A stretch of DNA of 62,067 nucleotides, counting the filler, from Hausera hauseri (Eukaryota): assembly GCA_046269625.1 (NCBI GenBank). It is 9 parts of 9 records of this genome, joined end to end, with 100 filler letters (N's around TTAATTAATTAA, not from the genome) between each part and the next. Parts side by side here need not be neighbours in the genome. Positions count along the whole stretch, not along the records: positions 52,730 to 57,007 come from JBJURY010661330.1; positions 57,108 to 62,067 come from JBJURY010378036.1; 7 more parts are not named here. One strand, written 5' to 3'. The position numbers and the translations under genes were made by a program. Position 1 is the first letter of the stretch. Each line of letters opens with the position of its first letter. The notes under the pieces were generated by a model. It searched no databases, was not told where the DNA came from, and worked only from the letters and a program-made list of their open reading frames with translations. Below, piece by piece: positions 52,630 through 62,067 of this stretch.

Positions 52630-53326
52630 NNNNNNNNNNNNNNNNNNNNNNNNNNNNNNNNNNNNNNNNNNNNTTAATTAATTAANNNNNNNNNNNNNNN
52701 NNNNNNNNNNNNNNNNNNNNNNNNNNNNNTGGTTTGATTTTGAAATGGGTCATTATTGGACCAGTTCGTCGAAACAAGTATCAGGAAGTTTCCCACGAAT
52801 TACCAATGGATAATTCTGATACTGACAAGGAACACGCTACGAAAAAGAGTATGAAAATAATGTAAAAGGAGTGCAAGGAATTTAGTTCGAGAGAGTGATC
52901 TAAATGAAGAAGAAGCTAATAAAAGAATTTAATTTATATCGGCAAAAAAAATGCTCGAATACAGAATAAAAAATGGCAAATTCGCAAAATTGAAGGAATT
53001 TATATTTATGAATTATATGAATATTGATATGATTATATAAATAGATATATAAATTGATATATATAGCTAGAAATGCCAAGGAAAATCCTTTCGATAATTA
53101 TTGACAAATTGAATGAAAATATGAAATACAAATTTGTAATGTCTGATCAAGAAGTCCGTTATGGACAAAATCAGATACGTTAAAATTTGAGCGAAAAATT
53201 AACAGATTTGGAGAAAATGAGGTATCAATCGACACGGACAAATTCGAGGGCTATGCTTTTCGCTCCTCACTAAAAAATTTAGAAAATTCGAGCCAGAAAA
53301 GGACTCAGAAACATAGACGATATAAA

Positions 53327-54808
53327 ATGTCCCAATCGTCTCAATTACATCAACAATTACAACATTATTTTCTACCGGAAGAATTTGTTCAAAAAGACCA
53401 TGGATTATTAATTGTTCCAAACTACTTACAGATTGTTAAACTGGAAGATGAAGATGCACAACTTATTAACGTTATGTCTGGCTATCGTAGTGTTGCTGTA
53501 TTAATGTGGCATAATAATCAGTCTTTATATTGGTCTGAACTTGGTGAAAATGCTCATGAAAAGATTCCAGGATACTTTGAAAAAACATGGTCAACTCCAG
53601 TAATTTTGGGGTTAAAGGACAATGATGTTGAAAAGGTATTTGAGTGTTATGTAAATAGTATCGTTATTGGTTATCGTTGTTTTCTTCGTTTAATGCACCC
53701 TGCCAGGGATTGTGTTGTGTGTTTGTATGAATGTATGCCTGATAAAATCAGTATGTATGTTTGGAGCCACAAAATTAATGGTGGAGAGAATCCCCCGGAG
53801 AGGAGCACTCCGTTAAAAATGGCTAGGTATGATGTAAAAATTAATCTAAATGTTTTTTCATATCTTTATATATTTGATAAGGGGTTTTGGGGATTTATGG
53901 GGACAAATAAATCGAACCTTATGGAATTTCGGCTATATTTAAAGATGTTCAGAACAAAGGAGTCTAGCGGGGCAGTGATGGATATGAAAGAAGGTAAATG
54001 CGGAGATAGGTTTTCTCTCCAAATGATGATTTATGTTCGGCAAAGGAGATCGGTGCTGGGATTAGGGGATTTAAAAGGAAAAATACAAATAATAAAGGGT
54101 AACATGACTCATGGAATAAAGTTTGCTAGTAATGGGCCCGGCAAACCACTGATTGAAAAATGGGTGATTGGAGATTGAATATTATTTATTATTCATACAA
54201 ATTCTCAATTTTATGGTTTAAATATATACTATAAGATTATTATAAAACTTCCATTTTATGGTAGCAGAGCGTGGTTTGTGCTCTGTATCGTGATCCGCAA
54301 ACACAAACCACGTAATGCAATTGTCTTCGAAGGTCTGTATGTCCTTCTTGATTTCGGCCACTTTTTCCTCCATCACAGTATGTTTGAGGCGGGAGTCGGT
54401 ACCAAGCCTGTAAAAGTTGCAATAGAGGATGGAAAGTGCAAATTGTGCAACTTTGAAGGTAAGGTACCGATGACGCCTTTGGAGGAATTTAAAGTCTTGT
54501 TCGGCAATTATGGTAATATTGAAGAGAAGAAAACGTCTAGTTATGACATAGAAAACAACAGGCGTAAAAACGTAAATTTGGGAAAAAATAAAATATTCGA
54601 AAAGAATTTGGAGGAGGAAACAGGAATCAGAAAGTGGGAAGAAAGAAATCAGACAATTTCAAAGGATGTGAAAGGACAATCGCTAGAAGAAAATAAAGGA
54701 AAAGGAAAGCCAAGGAATCCGAAGAAAAATGTCAAATTAGAGCAGTACGAAATAGAAAGGATAAAGGGAGAAAAGACAGACAAAAATCCAGCTGTACATG
54801 TCGAAAAA
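53327..54808 (+). CDS. Unknown leader of the BEL/Pao polyprotein (one in-frame TGA at 54176)
   Basis: ORFs 53327..54178 and 54278..55237 share a frame, and the sequence between them has no other stop. Confidence 0.6.
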
Positions 54809-55030
54809 ATGGAAAAACAGATAATTATACACTACGATGGCCGATACTTCATAGCTGATGCAAGCGACACCCTGTCACATCTCAATCTAATCGAACTTAT
54901 CAAGGAAAAATTGAAGATCAAAAATGAATTCATGATGTTACACTGCGGGAGGCCGTTACGGACCAACGAAGAAGTGGAAAATTTAAAACACGGATCAACA
55001 ATTCAGGTGATGTTTCGACTGAAAGGAGGC
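54809..55030 (+). CDS. Ubiquitin-like domain ending in RLKGG
   Basis: 74 aa: MEKQIIIHYDG..LIKEKLKI..MLHCGRPL..LKHGSTIQVMFRLKGG (compare ubiquitin STLHLVLRLRGG). Confidence 0.85.
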
Positions 55031-57007
55031 AGTGAATTGACTGCAGAGGCACTCGAAGAACGCATTGCAGAACGGCGAAGACCTATAAATGAACTAGCTT
55101 CAATTAGAAGGAAACTAATGGATATAAATTTGAATGAACACGATTACGAAGTATGTTATCAGAGTTACGAAAGAGTCTTCGCAAATGTCCAAGAGGAGTT
55201 GTGTTTGTTGACTACTGCAGCTAGAAAGAGAATATAACATTACTAGAGAACGAAATGGAGAGACTGGATGAACAAAATGAGAAAATCAACATGATCATTT
55301 ATGAACGCAGCCTAAGAGACAACAAATGGGTCGCCAACACTACGAAAAAGGCAGTGGATATTGAAATAAAAGAAAAATCAAATCTGCCGAAGTTACAAAG
55401 GTTGGAGCTGCCACAATTTGGTGGAGTAGTAGTTGAATATGATCGTTGGAGAAGAACATTTGATACGTGTGTGAACAAAACGTCAATGTCTACCACTTGC
55501 AAACAGCTGCAGTTAGAAAGGTGCCTTTATGGAGAACCGAAAAGGCTGATTGAGAACTTCGATTTATCAGAGGAGGGCTATAAAGCTGCCATAGAAAAGC
55601 TTGACTCCTACTACGGAGGTAAACAACGGTGTTACGCCGCATTTATTACTGAGGTGATGCGTTTTAAACCGATTAGAGAAGAAGACATCGTAAGTCTGGA
55701 TCGATTCGTAGCATTATTGGATGGCATAACGGTAAGATTGAGAAATTTAGGAAGGAAAGAAGAATTAGGTGGAGGGCTATTATACCAAAGTCTTGTAGAG
55801 AAACTCCCAGAGTCTATAGTATTGTTATGGGAGAGACATGCCACCGAAAAGAGGTTGGATCGGACGGTTGGAGAATTGAAAACGTGGATAGAATTAGAAG
55901 CGAGCGTTCGGAGGAACACAATCGAAAGTGTTAGGGGTATAAACACTTTTAACCCAGGAAGAGATTACGAGTATGATAGGACGTACGGTAAAAGTGAATC
56001 GACAATTGAAAACGGTTCCCCGTTCATAATAAAAATCATGCATCTTCGAAAAGGCATGAATTTCAAAGGAAACCGCAAGGAAGTTTCTATGTAAACAAGA
56101 ATGTCGACAGGAATGGAACATCAATTCCTAACGAAACGGAAAAGGGGAGTGGTATTAAATCAATGAACAAAGCCGAAAACCAAATTTGCTGGGAGTTTGA
56201 GAAAAGCGGAAATTGCAGATTTGGAAACAAATGCAAATACCTACACGTTAATGCAGGAAACAATAAAGCGCGAGTTTGCACGTATTATATGAAGGGGAAT
56301 TGTAAATATGGGGAGAAATGCCGTTATGCTTATGATTCGCTGTCCAAGAAAGGTACACCTAAAAGACAAGAAAGAACCTTTTACACTGTGCAAGGTGGTG
56401 AAGAATTAAGGAAAGAAAAAGGCGAATGGGAAGATGATGTTACAGTGGCGCAAGTTAGTTCCTACGTAACCCGACGATCAGAAAAGGCGACAACAGGAAA
56501 TAAAATAGCCTTACGAACGGTAGATGTGTGGCTGGAAAATGGAGAACGAAAAGTAAAGGTGTGTATGTTGTTGGATGATGCGAGCACAGAGTGTTTTGTG
56601 AAACGCTCTGTTGCTGAACTATTGAAATTAGTCAGTACTCAGGAGAATGTATCCGTTATGGTGGTAGGTGGGAAAATGACAAAGTCAAAGATGGAACGAG
56701 TAAAAATGAATTTAAGAAGTAGGAACGGAGAGGTTAATATCCCATTTGAAGCATTAGTATTACATGATCCTACAGGAAAAATGATGGCTGTAAACTGGGA
56801 GATCGAGAAGAATAGGTGGCCACATTTGCGGAATATAAAGTTCGCCGCTCAAAATTCACCGAAATCGGTCGATGCGATTATCGGTGCGAACTATATACAA
56901 TTACACAGATCCATAAAGGAAATAACGGGAAAGACAAATGAACCGATATCTAGGCTAACCCAAATTGGGTGGACATGTGTTGGGGTAATCGGAGATGAAA
57001 AGGAAAG
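55031..57007 (+). mobile_element. BEL/Pao gag (DUF1759-type), CCCH fingers and protease (DUF1758-type); cut by contig end
   Basis: LPKLQRLELPQFGG..W..F, LYGEPKRLIE, Y..AIEKL..YG, KLP. Protease LLDDASTECFV, WPHL..I, DAIIGA, TQIGW. Two frameshifts. Confidence 0.9.
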
Positions 57008-57630
57008 NNNNNNNNNNNNNNNNNNNNNNNNNNNNNNNNNNNNNNNNNNNNTTAATTAATTAANNNNNNNNNNNNNNNNNNNNNNNNNNNNNNNNNNNNN
57101 NNNNNNNGCACTGGCAAAGAAAAAAAAAGAGGAAAAACGGCTGGTTTGAAATCATCGACTGCATTTTGAGGCTTAATGCTGCATTTGGGTGTCCACACGC
57201 ACAAACTGTGACAAGACTTGAGACGTTTGAGTATTTATAGGGATGTTAGATTTTATATGCTGTTCGATCGGAGGTGCTGAAACGCAGCCAGCTTCTTTTG
57301 AGCGAGTGGCTCTCCCTCCCCCTCGTTTGCCCACCGACAGCATCACCGTCACAGGCAGAGAGAAGGAGAGGGAGCAGCAACAGTGGAGATGAGACAGCTT
57401 TGTAACATCAGATAATATTAGAAAAACAAATGTGGATACAGGAAGATGTTTTAGATAAGATGCAGTGTTTATCCTGCGTGTAGCCGGAGTTATGCAGCGG
57501 CCATTCCTCTGATTTTGATGAGGCGGGTGGGGAACCGCAGCAAGCTGAAAAGGAGGAAAGATTTCTCCGAACCGTCTGCAAATTCTGCCCGCCTGCGATG
57601 GCTGGGTCGGTACGATGCTGTTACAGAGTA

Positions 57631-57775
57631 ATGGAGAATATATTTAGCTATTTCTGTGTGTTGACGTTCATGTTAAGTGGCCTTATAAATGCACAAATCC
57701 GATACTCAATTCCAGAGGAGCTGGAGAACGGGGCATCAGTCGGTGACATTGTCCAGGATTTGGGTCTGGATCTGA
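57631..57775 (+). pseudogene. Protocadherin 5' end (signal peptide and start of EC1), truncated; vertebrate-type
   Basis: MENIFSYFCVLTFMLSGLINAQIRYSIPEELENGASVGDIVQDLGLD; homology stops at a poly-A run. Confidence 0.85.
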
Positions 57776-58371
57776 ACAAAAAAAAAGTAGATGAAGGGGG
57801 AAGTTTGGCACCACCTTACACATTGTAAACCCACTCCAGCACCCTCCTGCTCATTGCAGGAAGTTAGGAACAATTTGACTGACAATGGGGCTAAAATTGT
57901 AGTAAAAATTCCTAAATCAACTGTATTGACCCCATTGTCTATTAGAAGGTGGATGATTTAATTCCTACCTGAACATACACTTCAAGCCGACCAAAGGTTC
58001 GACCTCATGAGTTTTTAATTATGCAGTTTAATTCTCAAAACAGATATTACTGTGCAAGCTTTCAGAAGACTGTACACATATATGTTTGAAGTTTTGGAGC
58101 AGGCATACTGGCTGTGGCTTCCTTTGTCATTTGTTTTTGTGTTAAAAAAAAAAAAATCTGTCCTGGTAAATCTGAGCAGTACAATGAGTAAACATCAAAT
58201 TGAGGTGAAAATTATGAATACAAATTACAATTACAGGTTTTGGGTAAGGTCAAGCAAATATAGGGAAATTATATTTTACAATTTGCAATATAGGTTTATA
58301 AATGTGTGTTGCAAGCAGAATATAGTATATAAAATAGAGATATAAAGTATAGAAAGGTTAAAATGTGTTGC

Positions 58372-58470
58372 TATAAGAATGTATGGATTAAGTGAGATAA
58401 ATTTAGAAAGTAGGGGAAGAAATGTGATGGTATAAGAATGTATGGATTAAGTGAGACAAATTTAGAAAGT
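58372..58470. repeat. Short direct repeat (~40 bp, two copies)
   Basis: TATAAGAATGTATGGATTAAGTGAGA.AAATTTAGAAAGT occurs twice. Confidence 0.8.
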
Positions 58471-59480
58471 TAGAATAGAAGGAATTTGTAAGTAGGGAAA
58501 GAAACAATGGTAAAAGAGAATGTTGACAATGTGACAGTGAAAGCGTAGGGCCATATCAAATTAAACATTGTGTTAAGTACAATTACAGGTTGCACCTCAT
58601 CTGGACTCTTGCCCCACATGAAAGAAGAAGAAGAAGAACAGGAGTAACGACAGGGACAACAACGGGAACGATAACAACGACAACAACAACAACCACCAGA
58701 ACTTTTAGTGAGGAAAGAAAGCCATGGTGTGACAGCATTCCAACCCGAGGTGCCGTTCCCATTCAGAGATCAAAGAGACTTTTTATCATCACAAGCATCA
58801 CGTTTCTGACCGGCAACCCTGGAAACAGCTGACTCACCAGTGGTGGAAATGTTCTCAATAATTCTCCACGTGCCAGAGAGAAGTTTACTAGTCCAAATAA
58901 TCTGATGGACTATGAACATGGACTAATGAATGGTGGAGACTGGAGAGACTATGTTTGCAGTTAAAAAGGAAAACTGTGAACTATAAGCCCTATCCTGATG
59001 TGAGGTGTGGCTGATCAAACTGGAAGTGTAAGAAGAAGCGTGACCTGATAACAACGGGAATAAACTGGACATCTCTGCCCGAAAGACGAAACAAAGATGA
59101 TTACAACGAGGGCAGGAGTTCAGAGAGGTGCAACCAAAATAGATGAGTAACCATACACCTTACAGACACAAATAATTTAAACTAAAAATAATACACACGC
59201 ACATATATAAAAATATACCTACTTAGATGAGATAATAATTACATAAACAGACATAGCTTGATGCAACACGCCCACTTAAGCTCTTAAAGGGTTAAATATT
59301 AGCATCAGCTCCTGACTTCAGAAATTCTGACTTCATTAACACGTATGGGGTGTGATTTTGTGTTTGCCCTTGGAAATTAGATTGGGAAACAATGCTTGGA
59401 GGTATCACTATTTCTGTAGAAGATGATTACTGATCCCTCCCAGAGCTGTACAAATTTTTGCTAAAAAATGTCAATTGTGT

Positions 59481-59618
59481 TGTTTTGAATGGAAGTCAGT
59501 AGCTGATGCTTGGGACACAAAATTATTGAATTAATTCTTTAATTGGATATGTTTTGAATGGAAGTCAGTAGCTGATGCTTGGGACACAAAATTATTGAAT
59601 TAATTATTTAATTGGATA
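59481..59618. repeat. Tandem duplication (~69 bp, two copies)
   Basis: TGTTTTGAATGGAAGTCAGTAGCTGATGCTTGGGACACAAAATTATTGAATTAATT occurs twice. Confidence 0.85.
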
Positions 59619-62067
59619 AATATTTTTAAAATACATGTTACCAAATTAGTTACATTGTACTGCTTATGTTCATGTAGGATCAGATACATTTTTAATACAT
59701 TCCTGTTTTCATTAGCACAAATTTTTTGTTAGATTTAAAATATTAAAAAAATTAGTTAACTTCTGGTTTATTGGAACTACTCAGTCCTAGGAGGGTGATC
59801 CACTTTTGGGATTAATTAATTAGGATTTAGAGGTCGAATCGGAGGAGGTTTGATGTGAGGTTAAATATATAATGATATAATTTTATTTTTTTACTCTATT
59901 ATGCTTATTTTTATTTTATTATTCATGATTTCATTTTAAAATAACCTATTTCATGTGTGTCACTGATCCCGTCACCCAAGGACAGGAGCCTATTGTTTAC
60001 CTGCTGCATTAATTGTTCTCAGTTTGAATGTGCCCACCCTGACAGATGGTGAAATGGTGATGGAGTGTCCAGCCAATGAGGACCTGACCATCAATAAGGA
60101 TGTGTGGCAGATTAATACAAAATCTATATATTCATTTATCACATGCCTGTATATTGCTATGCATATTATTTGTATTCTTGTTTATTACATATTTTTTACT
60201 CATATTACATATTCTTTATGCATTTTAGATCAGGGTATTTTTTCGGGCTTGTTTTACATAGTCTTAGGTGTACAGTGGTCCGGTCCCCGCATAACGGAGA
60301 GCTGCTCTGCACTTTTTGTAGGTTTAAGTGTTTTATTTTTTCCTCGTCCTAAAGTTCGAGGAAGGGGGAACTGTTAATGATTGTTAAGATTAAAATGCTA
60401 GATTTATACAGATATGCAATAAGATGAATATGTTTTGGGTGAGAGACTTTGGCCCTGGGAGGGGGTTCAAGTGATGTGTGACAGGATAAAGCCAGAACAA
60501 AAGACCGAGTCGTCTCTGGAAGCTGCAGGTGATAGGTGCGAGGTTTCCCAGGATCAACACAATGAAACCAACTATAAAGTGTAGGTGACGACTACATGTG
60601 AAAACTAGTTTCCCAAGAAAACCAGGAAATACCATGAATCCCCATCTGCCCATCTGCCCATCTGCTCTACGAATGACCAGATCAAAAGACTTTGGGGTCC
60701 GCAGGAGGAGGGGTCTCAGACTATAAACGGGATGGTCACCTGGAGAGGGCAGGGCTCTGACGGCGAACGCATGCACGTCATCAGTAGCACTCCTGGGCTC
60801 AGATATTTTTACCAATTTTGTTAATAATCAATAAATCTTCATAATTGGGTAACTTTGCTAATGTGTGAGACTTCTCTATTATCAGAACAACGCAACAGAT
60901 GGTGACCTCGCGACGTGATAATTTGAGAAGTCATTTGGATCGACGAGAGGGTCGAGGACCGTGGACTGGACGATGTCCCACAGTCACAAAGCCGGCTAAA
61001 ATTAAAAGGTATGCAGAAAACCTGTTGTCCTACCAAATTTCTGCATAGTTAGAAAATACGTTATTTAGTTGTGACTGTGAAGATTTCTCAAATCTAATAA
61101 GTGTCTTTCAAATTTAAAAAAGAGCCCATGCTCTTCTCACACACCACCAGACAGCTACTACAATGAGTGGAGGGTTGCTGTGGTTGGTTCAGGGCACCGG
61201 GGCTGATTAGGGAGTACAGCTAGAGAGACATGTACCCGAATCTGAGACACTGGCTTCAGTCTCTCCTGAGGAGACCGTCTCCTCTACTTTGCCGACTGGA
61301 GCTGCGGAGGTGAGAGACGTAGGGGGAGAACAAGGGGAGGAACACAGGTAGTCGAACTCGTGGCACTAACCCTATCCAGCTAATTACCTCCAGACCTCTT
61401 AGTCCGTATGGTGGCTGACCTCTCTACACGAGGCCAGTTGTTACCTCTGACCCTAACAAAGAACACCTCACCTCACCATAAACATGATTATGCCATGAGG
61501 AGGCATGATTGGAATTGCGGGAGATAGTGATGCTGGTTGTGCTGTGAATCGACACACATGACTCACGGGCAGCCATGATGCTATATCTGAACACTGGTAG
61601 ACCCGTGACCTGGCATGTGGTTCGACAGCATGCTGGGACCCTAACAAGAAGTGTCCTCTCCCTTCCTTGTCCAGCTATTTCAACTCTCTCCTTACAGAAT
61701 CCCATTGCACACACACTTATTTATTTATCCCCTTTACTCCTCTGTCAAGCTAAGTCTGCTCTATCTAACTCTATCACTACATTTTTATCACTTGTATGTA
61801 AGTGTGTGTAGCAGAAACTCTAATGGAAATCACAAATAAAATGTTCCACATTCGTCGTTGGAGCAACGAGACAACTACAAATGCCGAATTTCTGAAATAC
61901 TTTGTTCACGTTCGAACATATATTATTGATATGAGCAGTGAACTGGTTCATTCGTTCTTCCTATTGGTAAGATTCAACATAATAAAAATAAAATTGATTA
62001 AAAGAATATTTTTATCTAATAAAAAATGAAAACCATTTTAATGGGGATATTTTAATTATATACAGAC

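Noticed and set aside
54179-54277. Intron between ORF 53327 and ORF 54278
   Set aside because: AT-rich, but open and in frame. No splice is needed, and the obvious GT/AG pair does not preserve frame.
59950-61830. Possible LTR/ERV sequence and short ORFs in contig I
   Set aside because: No paired termini, PBS, PPT or coding motifs I can support.

Overview
This is not one locus. It is nine contigs joined by artificial 100-bp spacers (44 N + TTAATTAATTAA + 44 N): A 1-14883, B 14984-19229, C 19330-24824, D 24925-33788, E 33889-41375, F 41476-46313, G 46414-52629, H 52730-57007, I 57108-62067. All recognisable content is eukaryotic and mostly decayed mobile DNA. It includes Ty3/gypsy and BEL/Pao LTR retrotransposons, Polinton/Maverick fragments (two different pPolB genes and a dUTPase), Tc1/mariner, LINE, SINE and Penelope relics, a 4.9-kb CT-rich tract, and host-gene fragments (cadherin, dynein, Roco, FAS1, FGFRL1-like Ig, vertebrate-type protocadherin). 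The first standout is a gypsy family present in two diverged copies (A and E). Its reconstructed polyprotein reads Gag-like, ubiquitin-like domain, signal peptide plus chuvirus-type glycoprotein, PR, RT, RNase H, IN, then a second signal peptide plus FN3-like ectodomain. So a fusogen sits upstream of pol and a second surface protein sits downstream. The second standout is a BEL/Pao element (H). It has a long unknown leader, a ubiquitin-like domain ending RLKGG just before Gag, and CCCH zinc fingers where CCHC knuckles normally sit. All family calls come from motif recognition by eye; no database searches were run.
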